A stretch of 64,000 nt of DNA from the human T2T-CHM13v2.0 reference genome, Homo sapiens, in assembly GCF_009914755.1 (NCBI RefSeq), contig NC_060947.1, one strand, 5' to 3'. This document shows positions 16,356 to 31,419 of this stretch, one piece after another (positions within the stretch are counted from its first letter, which is position 1; each line of letters starts with the position of its first letter). Both the position numbers and the translations under genes were made by a program. The notes under the pieces are model-generated. The model did no database searches. It saw nothing but the letters and a program-made list of their open reading frames with translations, and was not told where the DNA came from.

Positions 16356-16875
16356 CATCTCAACTCACTGCAACCCATCAGAGAGTACATCTCAACCCAC
16401 TACAGCTCATCAGACAGTACATCTTAACTCACTACAACTCATCAGACTGACATCTCAAATCACTACAGCTCATCACAGAGTACAACTCAACTCAGTACAA
16501 CTCATCAGACAGACATCTCAAATCACTACAGCTCATCAGACAGACAAATCACTACAGCTCATCAGACAGACATCTCAACTCACTATAACTCAGACATCTC
16601 AAATCACTACAACTCATCAGACATCTCAACTCACTATAACTCAGACAGACATCTCAACTCACTACAACTCATCAGACATCTCAACTTCACTACGGTTCAT
16701 CAGACAGACATCTCAAATCACTACAACTCATCAGACATCTCAACTCGCTACAACTCATCAGACAGACATCTCAAATCACTACAGCTCCTCAGACAGTATA
16801 TCTCAACTCACCACAACTCATCAGACAGACATCTCAGCTCACTACAACTCATCAGACAGTACCTCTCAAGTCACT
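16356..16875. repeat. Minisatellite/VNTR, consensus about ACATCTCAA(C/A)TCACTACA(A/G)CTCATCAGACAG (~24-32 bp units, ~17-18 copies)
   Basis: Directly visible contiguous degenerate units with no unique spacers. Confidence 0.92.
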
Positions 16876-17489
16876 GAGTTTTATGGTCTGTGACTGATAC
16901 CCCGATAGAGTTGTGGAGGTGAAAAGAATACAGGTGAAAGTGTTTGGTAATATGAACACCTCCTAGATCCATCCTAGATGTCTAGAAATTCACATACACA
17001 TTTGTGGCTCAGAAGAGCATGTAGGTGTAGGGAACAAGGTGTAAGGTAAACTCAAATTCATACATTGCTTGTTACCTCTGCCCAGACCTTAGTAGCTTTA
17101 AGCTTTTGTCAATAATAGATCATACCTAATAAATATTACACAACCCAGATGCTTCTAAAACTATTATTGAGGTAAATGAAAATGTCTGCCACAGTAAGAT
17201 AGTATTTATCACAGAGATTCAGATATGATTTTTTTTCTCTTTTAACCTAAAGAAATATAGTAATAACAAAAAAGTCAGCTAATATGCTATAAGCAATTGT
17301 TGGGAATCTTGGCATGAAATCCAGTTAGGGTACTGATTGTGCCCATATCAGATTTTTAGAAGCAGATAACCTGATGTGTTTATGAGTTTTATTTCTGGTC
17401 TGCTTTCTCCTCAAAATTTCCTGTGTATACATTGAAAACAAAAAGCCAGCCACAGATCACTTGATCATTATAGCATAAAGAGTAGAATA

Positions 17490-17900
17490 ATTGTGTTAGT
17501 TACCTTGCTGCATAACAAATCGTCCACCAATTTGGTGGCTTGAACACCACTAAACATTTATTATCTCATACACTTTCTGAGGGTTAGGGAGGAGATTAGC
17601 TGGGTTATTGTGGCTCAGCATCTCCTGAGATTGCAGTCAACACGTGGGCCAGGACAGCCGTCTTCCAAAGGCTTGCTTGGAGCTAGAGGATCCGCTTCCA
17701 AGAGGGCACCCATATGTCTGTTGGCAGGAGGCCTCAGTTCCTCCCCACATGGATCTCCGTATAGGGCTGCTTGAGTGTCCTCACAACATGGTTGTTGGCT
17801 TCCCCGCTGTGAGTTATCCTCGGGAGAGAGGAAGGAGGAAGTTGCAATGCCTGTGTGATCTGGTCTCAGAAGTCACACATCGGCACTTCTGCCATACATT
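17490..17900 (-). mobile_element. Old MLT1-type MaLR LTR (interrupted by L1 at about 17905)
   Basis: tgtgttagttaccttgctgcataacaaat...catttattatctcatacactttctg...cagaagtcacacatcggcacttctgcca. Confidence 0.65.
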
Positions 17901-17904
17901 TTTA

Positions 17905-18500
17905 AACCAATTTATTGAGGTATAATTGACATATAAAAGGCTGTACATATTTAATGTATACAACTTGATGAATTTGGAGATAAGTATCTATAAGCCTGTG
18001 AAATCATCACCACAATCAGTGCCTTAAACGGATCCATCACCTCCAAAAGTTTTCTCCCACCCTGTCAACCCTCTTTTTTTTTGTTGTCATTGATAAGATC
18101 TACCCCCTTAGCAAATTTGTAAATGTACAATACAGAATTATTAACTACAGACGCTGCGCTGTGCAGTAGGTCTCTGGGTAATTCATCTTGCGTAATTGAA
18201 ACTTTGTGCCCTCTCACCAATACCTCCCTGTTTCCCCTTCCCCCATCCCCTAACAACCACCATTCATTCTATTTGAAAGTTTAAAATTCTTCACGTAAGT
18301 GGGACCATGTAGCACTTGTCTTTCTGTGCCTGGCTTGTCTCACTTAGCATAATGTCCTGTAGGCTCATCCATGTTGTCACAAATGGCAAGATTTCCCTCC
18401 TTTTTAAGTCTTTTCTATTCCTCTATATGCACGCATCACATTTTCTTTATTCACTCATCTGTCAATGTCTGCTTAGGTGGCTTCCATGCCTTGGCATTCA
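17905..18500 (-). mobile_element. L1MA/MB-like 3' end fragment
   Basis: tttattgaggtataattgaca...gtctttctgtgcctggcttgtctcacttagcataatgtcc. Confidence 0.8.
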
Positions 18501-18664
18501 CAATATAAATAGTTCACACAAGTGAACTATTCACAATAGTTCATGTCGTAGTAAACATGTGAGTTCTGCCATATTTTGCTTGTTCAAAAGGAGTCAGAGT
18601 CCGGCCTACTTCTAACAAGCTCCACTTGTTTGAAGGAAGGAGTTTCAAAGGAATTGTTGGGACT

Positions 18665-18972
18665 TCTTTGTTTGTTTGTTTTTTAGAAATGAGTTCTCTG
18701 TCTGTTGCCCAGGCTGGCATGCAGTGACATAGTCATGGCTCAGTGCATCGTTGAATTCCTGGATTCAAGTGATCCTCCTGCCTCAGCTTTCCAAGTAGCT
18801 GGGACTACAGGTGCATGCCACCATACTTGGATAATTTTTTTAAAAACTTTTCTTTCGGTACCAGATCTTGCTATGTTGCCCAGGCTGGTCTCAAACTCCT
18901 GGCCTCAAGTGACCCTCCTGCCTAGGCAACCCAAGTTGCTGGGACTCCAGGCATGAGCCACTGTGCCTGGCT
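18665..18972 (-). mobile_element. Alu (AluJ-like)
   Basis: Reverse Alu consensus. Confidence 0.85.
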
Positions 18973-20927
18973 GATTTTGATAACTTTATACACCTCGTAA
19001 TCAAAACAGTAAGTTCCAGAAAGCTCCTTTGTACTCTTTCCAATGAAACCCTGCCCCACAACCATCCCTCCCTGATGTGTGACCCTAGTGAGTGTTGCCT
19101 CTTCTTGAGCTTCATGTAAACTGGACCCTACTTGTGCGTTCTTTGGCGGTTGACCCTTCATTCAGGGTCGTGCCCCTGGGACCCATTCTCACTGCTGTGT
19201 CTCGGTAGTTTTTCTAAATTACTGGCTAGTGTTCCCTTCTGTGAATACAGCACCACTGGTTGATCCACTCACCAGTAGGTGGGCAGTGTTTGGCCAACAT
19301 GAATGAGGGCTTGTGTTGTTTCTCTTGGGTGAGAGAGTTGTTTCTCTGGGAGCGGTGGACTGGCTGGGTCGCAGGGCAGGTGTGTGAGAGTCTCCTTCCT
19401 CACACAGTTTCACTAGGACTCAGAAGCCATGGTCTTTTCTCTCCTGTGAAGGGCTTGAGACTTTCTGGAATTGAGTTCATGTAGCTGTCCTCAGCTTTTG
19501 ATGAGGGACGTGTGTGTGTTCCAATAACACTTCGTTTACAAAACCAGGAGGCAGTGGAGAGTTGGCCCTTGGTTTCTAGTTTGCAAACTCCTGGTCTAGA
19601 AGGTAAGACAAATATTAATTTTTAAAACCCGCGTGTCTGTAATTGCTCATTTTGAAAGCACTGTGAAGGGAACACTAAGGGAGAGGGGATGGGAAGACTT
19701 TTTACATGTGTGTGGGGAGTCTGATGAATTTGTAAAACCTATGATTTTATAACTTTTCTGGCCTCTTTTTAGTTGCTACTGTGAGCAGTAGTCCATATGT
19801 GAACCAGAGTGGACCTCCACAAGCTGCCTTTTGAAGTTGTTACAGTTAGCAGAGACGAACTGGCCCAGGGTTCAAGAAGCCTTTCTGGCTGGAGGAATGT
19901 GGATCAGTCCCTCCAGGCCTGGAAGAGGGCAGTGGGGGGCGGGGGGTGCACTCAATCTTACCATTTTCACAGATGAGAGTAATTTCATTTCAGAGGGGTA
20001 TGCCAAGGCAGCGATGAAAACTTCAGGAATAGCTTTGAATATCTAAAGGAAGTGGGTAAGAAAGTGGGAGGTTGGGAGTTCCGGAGGGAGAGTTCCTGTA
20101 AAGCAGAGATTCCCAGGGCTGGCTCAACATCCACATTGCCTGGAGGGCTTTCCCTGAAACACAGGCTTGCAGGCATGCCAGCCCTTGCTATTTCCCACCT
20201 CTGCCCAGGCCTGGCCCTCATCAAGGCGGGAGAGCCCAGCTCCCAGGGCTCACGCTCTGGAACCAAGAATGTGGCTCTCCAGGCACAGAGACAATAGAGG
20301 CCTGGAACAGATCCTCAAAATGTGTGTGCTGAAGACATACTCAGGGTCCGATACTTGAGGGCCATCTCACATTATCATCTCCAAATCTAGGCAGGTTCTG
20401 TTATTGGGCATTAACCCCTCGAGAAATCAGTGCCTGTAACTATGATTTGGATCATCTGTGCTTTGGATTTCTCTTTTAATCTTCTCTGTCTCCTCCCATT
20501 CTTAACCACAAGTGATTTATCAGCCTCTCTAATTCAACTTCATTACTCTTTGCCATCCAAGTCCCTGCAAGCACAAATAAAACCCAAAGGAAGCAGCAGA
20601 CCTTTTTATCCATCTGTGAAGACACTCAAGAAACACTAAATTCATCTGACTTTCTAGAGTAATTGCTTTCCCCACATGGCACTAGAATCCTGGCATACAG
20701 GGAGCAGCTTCAGCAGAGACACGGCAGTAGAGAAATGACTGACTGAAGGATGGTTCAGGGCTGTTGTCCTCCCTGAAGGTGGTTCCAACAGGACACAAAA
20801 GTTGCAGCAGAGCCTGTGAGAACAGCTGTGTCCTTTGTCGTCACTAGCTGGTCTGTCTGTTCATTGGGCAATTTCAGTTTTTATGACTGAAAGCTGGGCA
20901 TGCAAAGGACAACCAAACAGCCTCTAG

Positions 20928-21570
<643 letters not shown>

Positions 21571-22904
21571 GGTAAATTGGTATGTCTAAGGAGAGTGTTT
21601 GGTGCCATTGTTCCCAGGTGTTCACACTGTTTAAAATGTTTCTAATACATCTCAGCATTGATAGGTTGGTTGCTTGGTTGGTTTCTTGCCTCTTTTGGGC
21701 TCCATCGCCTTCCCCACTGTCTCCTTTTTCCACCTCATCTGGCCTTTGTGGAGTGCTGTGTTGGCAAAAGAGCTTTCCACCTGTGCCTCCCCAAGGGTGT
21801 GTGTCTGTAAGAGCTGCCCAGGGCCTGGGAAGGACAGTGGAGACACCAGGTACTCGTTCGGGAGACTTGTGCTCAAAATGACATGGGTGTGCCGGCTCTT
21901 AGCTGCCTGACCCGCATTCTGAGGCCTGGTGGCGCCGTGCTTCTTCAGCGTGTGAACACCTGCCTGGCAGCGTCTGATACACCTCACCAGGCTGAAGGGC
22001 AGACCAGCTACCTGTGATTCCTGATAAAAATTCTGTGCTTTACAGAATCCCTTCTATTTATGCCCACAACCAATGGAGGAGTGCTTTCTAGATGATAACC
22101 TCAAACTGTCAGTGTTGAGCTTGAGTTGATGTTTGAGTTACTGAGCGTTCCACGTTCCATGCTCATGGAAACCTGGCTCTGTTTGGAAGCAGCAATGCTG
22201 GGCCCTACCCCAGTTGTCCCATGAGATAATTGTGCTCTGTGCACACAGTTCCGGTCCCAGACCCTGGCTTTGTAGCATACATTTTCAAGGAGGACTCTTG
22301 GGCCACCACAGATACTGCCCTATCCATTGCTATTTTTGATGGTATGCTTGTGTATAATACGTTTGTATATGGCATAAGTTAGCAGAATATGTAAATGAAA
22401 GGAGGAAACACCTCAATGTCATTATCCACGGGAAGTGTGTTCACTCTGTCTCTTCATTGTAAAAATGAGGCAGTGCCGTTGCCCAGAGCTCTCTTGGCAC
22501 CTTTTATACCCCTCACCGGCTGGCTTGGTCGGCTGCAGGGGTGCCCTTCCCATCTCATTGGCTGGGTGTGTTGCATGGTGTTATGCTTTGGGAAGAAGGT
22601 TGTATGGTGCTGGTGTCACAGAGGCCTGTGTCCAGGTCTGCCCCATCACAGACTGACCCTTTGGTCTTAGGTGCTCAGCAGGTGCCTGGCTCATAGGAAG
22701 CCCACGCAACTCCATCTCCCACACCAGGGCCTTTATCTGCTGCTAGCTCACCGCCATCCTATGCGATGTGGCCTGTGATCAGCTTGTACAGGAGAGGCAG
22801 CTTTCTGGGGTGTAGTTGCCTGCCTGACGTCACATAGCTGGCACGTGATGGATCCCGATTGGATGTGTCTGCCCGGGGAAACCTCAAGTCACAGGCAGCT
22901 AGCA

Positions 22905-23558
22905 CAGCTCAAGCGTCCCTAATCAGAAGGTCTGAAATCTTAAATGCTTCAAAGTTCAAAACTTTTTGAGCACCAACATGATGCCATAAAGGAAAAATTC
23001 CACAGCTGATCTCGTGGGATGTGTCGCAGTGAGAATGCAGGTAGAGACTGGGCAAGCTGCTGCTGTTTGCTGTTGCTGGCGCCTCACAGCTGAGGCGGGT
23101 GTTCTGGTGCCATTGCCGTGCTGCTTACTTACCCTGGACACATTCCTCTCTCACTGTATTGATGGTATATCGTGCTTTTCACTGTTGAGTGCTTATATAT
23201 CAGTATAGGAAAATTATTGCTTGTTGGCAGCATATAAATTCAGAGTCCGGAATGACGGAGATGCCAGACAACTACAGATTGTGCACATGGGTGGCAGAGA
23301 GACTGACACTTTTGCTTTATGATGGTTCGGTGGATACAAACTTTGTTTCGTGCACAAAATTATTAAGCATATTGTATAAAATTACCTTCAGGCTATCTAT
23401 ATAAAGTGTATATGAAGCAAAATGAGTGTCAGGTTTAGACTTGAGTCCCACCCCCGAGATGTCTCATTATGTATGTGTAAATATTCCAAAATCCAAAAAC
23501 GTCTGAAATCCAAAACACTTCTGGTCCCAAGCATTTCGGAAGAGAGATGTTTAACCCG
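22905..23558 (+). mobile_element. Tigger4 (Zombi/MER46)-like non-autonomous DNA transposon
   Basis: Left end cagctcaagcgtccctaatc...aaatgcttcaaagttcaaaactttttgagcaccaacatg; right end ...aaacacttctggtcccaagcatttcggaagagagatgtttaacccg|TA. The ends are degenerate inverted repeats. Confidence 0.8.
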
Positions 23559-23684
23559 TACTTTAGAAAGCACTCAGGCGCTGGAGTTCATCGCGGGCAG
23601 CATTTCAGCAGCACCTGTGTTGTGTGTCTGCAAATCAGAATGCATCCCTATCCCATCATTGACACCAAAAGTAGTTATGATGCC

Positions 23685-23969
23685 TGTGGCAGTGGCTCAT
23701 GCCTGTACTCCCAGCACTTTGGGAGGCCAAGGCAAAAGGATCACTTGAGCCCAGGAGTTTGAGGCCAGCATGGGCAACATGGTGAACCCCATCTCTACAA
23801 AATAATTTAAAAACTAGCCAGGCCATAGTGGCATACACCTGTGGTCCCAGCTAGTCAGGAGACTAAGGCAGGAGGGTCACTTGAGCCTGGGAGGTCGAGA
23901 CTACAGTGACCCGTGATCACGCTGCTGCACTCCAGCCTGGGCAAAACAGCAAGACCCTATCTCTGTCTC

Positions 23970-24002
<33 letters not shown>
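23685..24002 (+). mobile_element. Alu (AluJ-like) with A~31 tail
   Basis: Alu dimer consensus. Confidence 0.9.
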
Positions 24003-24004
<2 letters not shown>

Positions 24005-25129
24005 GGTGAGGAGGACCCTGTGGTGTGTGTTCCTTAAGTCATCTGCAAGATTCAGAAATTTTCCCATCCTCCTTGCTAAAGATAATTGTTAACCCTATTC
24101 AGAAAACAGTGGTGGATTATTGATTACAGAGCAGTTCAAAACTGTTTAGTTGTGTTGGGAACATTCACACACAAGGTCCTTTCACGGAGAACTTAACCAT
24201 GGTGTCTTGAAAAAATGCAGCTTCTCACCTTTTAAAATTCCGCACAAAAAAAGTGAAAGTGATTGAAAGCAACAGGTGCATTTACATTGTGTTCAAGTGA
24301 GGGCATAACATGATGCATGTAATAAATATTTGCTTGCAAGGCCCTGAAGGAAATAGCCCAGATCCCTGCCCTCTGTAGAGGTGCTTTCAGCCCAGGGAGG
24401 AGCGTGGAGGCAGGTGAGCAATGGGATGATTTGAGAGAGTCCCCTTGCTGGGGCGTGACCTGGAGGTGGGGTGATGTCAGGGCAGGACTGGGGGAGCTGA
24501 GGGCTGTGTGGAGGCAGGGGCAGTGCAAGGAGACCTTGCATTCAGACATGGGGCTGGCTGTCTCGTCGTGGAAGCAAAAATAGAGTAATGCCAGCAGGAT
24601 CTCTAGAGTGTTTGTTTTTTTCCTAACAGTGGTTTCGGTCCTGTCATAGCATGCTGGGTGACTGAGTACACTAATGGTGGCCCTTCCTGCAGGTTTGTCC
24701 CCTTCATATAAGTTCTGTTTGGCTTTGAGGTGCTGTTTTAGAGCTTCATGCTCTGTCTCCTTCAGTGGCGGCCAGCCCAGGGAGAATGGCAGGGCCGTGG
24801 GCTCCATGTAGCAGATCTCTGAAGCCACTGCTGCTTGGAGCCTGCCGGCCCTCTCCCCTCTGGGAACTGTGCAAGCAGCTGTCTCCTTGGGAACGTGGCA
24901 TTAGCATGTTTTGCATGAGAATGAACACCAACCAAGGCTGAATATCAATTGGATCCTAGAGTGCAGCTGCCTTTGAAATGTTCCTTTGTGTGGCCGAACT
25001 TCCTGCTGCAGTTGATTCCTGGAGCTTGTGCGAAGACACAAAGTCTTAAGTCATCTTAGTGCCTTGCTTACTCTATCTCTGGATCTTGCTGTCACCATTT
25101 ATTTTATCCTTAGAAGTATGGCAAAGAGA

Positions 25130-25712
25130 AATGCATACATATATGCAGAGACACATGTCTACACACAGGCACAACAGAGACACACGTACCTACACATGCA
25201 CACAACATATACAACCCGGGCACACACTCACAACATGCATCTCCACACAGACACAACACAGGCACACATACCCACACACGCATACAACGCACAACACAGG
25301 CACACACATACAACACACATGGACACAGAGACATGCATCTACACACATACACAACCCAGGCGTACACATACAACATACATCTACACACAGACACATGTGT
25401 ACATTCAGACACAACCCAGACTCCTACATCTACACATGCAAACAACCAGACATACACATACAACGTACATCTATGCAGAGATATACATCTACACACATAC
25501 ACAGCGCAGGCACACACACAGTGTACATATAGACAGACAGACATTTATACACATACAACATGCATCTACACACACAAAACATAGACACAGACAACATCTA
25601 CACATAGATCTGTACACATACACACCAGATGCATACAACATATAGACATGCACGTAACACATAGACATGCATCTGTGCGCAAGCACAACATGGACCACTC
25701 ACACACACAACC
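25130..25712. repeat. Degenerate CA/CATA-rich low-complexity tandem repeat
   Basis: Recurrent acacacatacaac / catctacacacag motifs over about 580 bp. Confidence 0.85.
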
Positions 25713-26353
25713 TGCAGAGCTGCCTCTTGGAACCAGTTAGAAACAAAAGTTGGAATATGACCCCAGCAAGTCCCCAATCCCCATTTTTGGTCCTTTTCTT
25801 CGTTTGTGTTGTTGACCCTGATGGCCCAGATTCTTATCAACTGCGACAATAAAAACCAATTAGTGATTTTATAGTTTGACTTTGCAAGGTGGGGGTGGGG
25901 GGCAAACTTGGTCCAGACATTGCTGTGCTGCTGCAGGTCTGAATGAAGTGCAGTGTTGGGCTGGAGCGCGCCCCGTGCTGCACTTCTGGCGTGGGAAGTG
26001 ACGATGCAGCACACACCACTCCCCTGAGAACAGAGCACCCAGCTCCTGTAGTTTGGCCCTCTAGGAAGATGGGAAGGAGCCTGTGGGCACCTTCTGATTA
26101 GGAGAGAAGCCAGGAGCCAGCCTGCCGTCCACTTTCTCAGTGGGTCTCTTGCTCCATGTCATTGTTCACTTCTCACAGGGCCTTTGCTCCCTGCAGGTGA
26201 GTTCTCTTTCGTTTATGGGTGGATCTCGGAGCACTTCTGCAGAAGGCACTTTGCAAATAGAGTTCCTTTTTAATCAGTGGGTGACCAAAGGCACTTGGAT
26301 TTTAGCAATAAATTATAGGTCATTTAATTATCTGTTTCTGTGATGTGGTGATG

Positions 26354-26705
26354 TGATATGGTTTGGCTGTGTCCCCACCCAAATCTCAACTTGAATTGTA
26401 TTTCTGAGAATTCCCACGTGTTGTGGGAGGGACCCAGGGGGAAGTAATTGAATCATGGGGCCTGGTCTTTCCCCTGCTATTCTTGTGATAGCAAATAAGT
26501 CTCACAAGACCTGATGGGTTTATCAGGGGTTTCCGCTTTTGCTTCCTCCGTTTTCTCTTGCCACTGCCATGTAAGAAGTGCCTTTCACCTCCCGCCATGA
26601 TTCTGAGGCCTCCCCAGCCATGTGGAACTCTAAGTCCAATTAAACGTCACTTTGTTCCCAGTTTCAGGTATGTCTTTATCAGCAGCGTGAAAACGAACTA
26701 ATACC
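26354..26705 (+). mobile_element. THE1A-like MaLR solo LTR, sense to SHROOM2
   Basis: Starts tgatatggtttggctgtgtccccacccaaatctc, ends cagcagcgtgaaaacgaactaatac; ~352 bp; flanks tgatg/tggcg could be a decayed 5-bp target-site duplication. Confidence 0.88.
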
Positions 26706-26846
26706 TGGCGCTTTTAAATAACAGGTACCAGGTGCTTTCAAGTGGGTCTATGGGTGATAGATTTCAGGAGTTTTCAAAGGGAAAAAAAGTGCAAGTGTAC
26801 CTCAACTCTTTGGCATGAAATGAATTATTGAACGCTGAAATATTGA

Positions 26847-27160
26847 GGCTGGGCGCAGTGACTCACACCTGTAATCCCAGCACTTGGGAGGCCAAGGCAG
26901 GTGGATCCCTTGAGTCCAGGAGTTTGAGACCAGCCTGGGCAACATGGTGAAACCCTATCTCTACAAAAATACAAAAATTAGCTGGGTGTGGTGGTGCACA
27001 CCTGTGGTCCCAGCTGCTAGGGAGGTTGAGGTGGGAGGATCATCTGCCAAGGAAGTGGAGGCTGCAGTGAGCCCAGATTGTGCACTCCAGCCTGGACAAC
27101 AGAGTAAGACCCTGTCTCAAAAAAAAAAAAAGAAAAGAAAGAAAGAAAGAAAGAAAGAAA
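26847..27160 (+). mobile_element. Alu (AluJ-like) with (AAAG)n tail
   Basis: Alu dimer consensus. Confidence 0.9.
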
Positions 27161-27279
27161 TATGGAAATGAAATGGAATATTGAATTCTGAACCATTGAA
27201 TATTGAAATGCAATGTGGGGGAGACATCTGACCTGTGAGAGCGCTTCTCAGAATGCAAATCAGTTTGGCAGTATTTTAA

Positions 27280-27667
<388 letters not shown>

Positions 27668-27869
27668 TGATAACACTTCAAGCTAGGAGTTTCTGTTAGT
27701 GTCTGTCTGATGCACATGAGAAATCTGACTTCTTTGAGTGGGGTTGCTGTTGTCTGAAGCTGAGGTTGAGCTATTTGGTTACAGCTTGTTTTCTAAGCCT
27801 GTGCTGTGTCTTCAGCCTCCTCTAAGCTGAGAGCAGAGGAGGCTGCCCTCCCAACACTTTGGGACCAGA

Positions 27870-28312
<443 letters not shown>

Positions 28313-28760
28313 TTATTAAAGAATTGATTTGCAGCTCATCTTAGAAAGGTTTACCCCTTTGTATATGGCAATTTCCCATAAGCCACATAAAAATACTGTG
28401 ACTTGAAGTAAATATTTCTGAATCTAGCTGTATGTGAGCATTTCCACAAACATTAATGTTGTTTCTAAAGTTTTTGTTCATTTATTCCTGCAAAAACAAA
28501 TGCAATTTGTGTGTGTATGTGTGTCTGTGTGTGATGTGTGCGCCTGTGTCTTGAATGCTTCATGTTCCCTTGTGGGACATGCCAGTCGACAGCCTCATGT
28601 TGTCTGAGGTGCGTCACGACTCCCCACCTTGCATGAGGAGTTGCGGTGGCGACAGGTGTGGGAAAGTGCATATGGATTTAACTCCTGAAAGTGGCTTAAG
28701 GGGATTGTGAAGATCCAGGTCCAGTCCCTTGTGGTGGGAAGGTATTATTGGAATCGTTGA

Positions 28761-29618
<858 letters not shown>

Positions 29619-30099
29619 TAACTGTGTGGACAGAAAGTGAAGCTTCAGTGGTGGTTGGATTTTTATCTCACTGGGGGGCTGCTGTTTCCTGCAGGGAACA
29701 GGGGTAGATGTGAATAGGTGATACATCTTCCCCTTCCTCCAAGCCAGATGCATTTATATCTGCATTACCCACAGGCATCTGCAGGGTAGAGGTCTGTTTT
29801 TTTTTGTCGTTGTTGTTGTTTTAATGCAGTCAATATTTGTGATTGGAATCGAGTTTAACCTAAGCATGCGACCTTTAGGTGAAATTGGTATTTTTCATGG
29901 TGTCCAGTATTTTCTTACTCCTTTTTTTCCAGATTTTTTTTTAATGTTAGAAAGCTAAGCTGGTATATACCTTTTGTTAAAGCAGAAGAATACTCATTCA
30001 CATTTCATGGTGCTATCATCAGGATTTCAGGCATGGAATTATTGCGTCCATTGAGATGCTGATGAATGTTAGGCAGGAACTTGACCTTTCAAGAGCACT

Positions 30100-30392
30100 A
30101 GGCCCAGCATGGTGGCTCACGCCTGTAATCCCAGCACGTCGAGAGTTCAAGGCAGGTGGATCGCTTGAGCTGAAGGAGTTCGAGGCTAGCCCAGGCAACA
30201 TGGCAAAACCTTGTCTCTACTAAAACTACAAAAAATTAGCCAGGTGTGGTGGTGCATGCCTATAGTCCCAGCTTCCCAGGGAGGAGGCTGAAGTGGGAGG
30301 ATCACCTGAGCCTGGAGGTCGAGGCTGCAGTAAGCCAGGATGGCACCACTGCACTCCAGCCTGGGTGACAGAGTGAGACCCTGTGCAAAAAA
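30100..30392 (+). mobile_element. Alu (AluJ-like)
   Basis: Alu dimer consensus. Confidence 0.88.
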
Positions 30393-30498
30393 GAGCACCG
30401 GCTGTTTAGCTTTCTTCACACACAAATACCACCTCCTTGAGTGCCTTGAAGGACTGAGAAATGGAAGAAGGGGAGAATTTCTGTCTCATTCTCTGGAG

Positions 30499-30723
30499 CA
30501 GTGGCTCTCAACCTAGGAGGTGGAGTGTGATTTTGGCCCCCAGGGGACATTAGGCAATGTCTGGAGACAGTTTTTGTTGTCCTAAGTGCGATGGGAGTGG
30601 GGGGTGCTCTCTGCATCTAGTGGTGGAGCCCAGGGAGGCCACTCAGGGTCTGCAGTGTGTGGGCGGCCCCCACAGAGCATTGTCCGACCGCAGATGCCAG
30701 CTGCTCTTAGGCTGGGAACCCTG
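30499..30723 (+). mobile_element. MER20 hAT-Charlie element
   Basis: cagtggctctcaacc...ccaggggacattaggcaatgtctggagaca...gcatctagtgg...gggaaccctg. Confidence 0.8.
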
Positions 30724-30729
30724 CTGTAG

Positions 30730-30910
30730 AGCCGCACGCCCAGCACAGGACCCACCATCACCTGTGCTGTGTAAATGTGGGGCAAAGAAAACCAAGTCGA
30801 TGAATGCAGGTCCTCAGTCACACCAGGTGTGGCGGGTGGCTGCCGTCCTGGACAGGACAGATAACAGGTATTCCCATCGCCGCAGAAAATTCTGTGGGAC
30901 CTCACTGCTC
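30730..30910. mobile_element. MER3-like fragment
   Basis: gtggcgggtggctgccgtcctggacag...cccatcgccgcagaaaattctgtggga. Confidence 0.55.
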
Positions 30911-31419
30911 TAGAGTCTCAAGTAATTTTTTTTCTTAGCTTCTAAATAACTCAGCAGAGAAAGAACATGACTGATACTGATCCTGTATCTCCAGCCGAGG
31001 CATTGTAACCACAGTTTTCTCTGTGGGCCAAAACTGGGCTTTGCATCATTTAAAATGTATCTAAAGATCATTCAGATATCCCTTGAATTGGTAACATTGT
31101 AAGGTTCTGAAAGGAAAGTGTCTTACTCCTTTCAGGCTGCTATAATAAGATCTCATAGACTGCACGGCTCATTAACAGGAGAAATGTGTGAGTTGATGAG
31201 GGCTGGTCGCTGGAAGGTCCGACCCACTGTGTTCTGTCCTTATTTTGAAGTCAAGGCTCGTGAAACTGTTCTCATGTGGAAGTCAAGACTGTTTTTAAGA
31301 AGAGAGACCATTTCTGTTAAAAAATGATCAGGAATAGATGCTTTGTTGGAAAGTGTATGTGAACCCGTGGGAGATAGGAGATTTGTTTTTTTTCCTTCCC
31401 GGTACTGTATTTTATATTA

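Noticed and set aside
16356-16875. CRISPR-like array of ~31-bp repeats
   Set aside because: Units are contiguous and degenerate with no unique spacers, there are no cas genes, and the context is a mammalian intron. It is a minisatellite.
24232-24828. 198-aa minus-strand ORF
   Set aside because: Non-ATG start and random-looking composition; no family recognised.
25028-25698. His/Thr-rich 205-aa ORF and overlapping Cys/Val-rich ORFs
   Set aside because: Translation of CA-rich low-complexity DNA.
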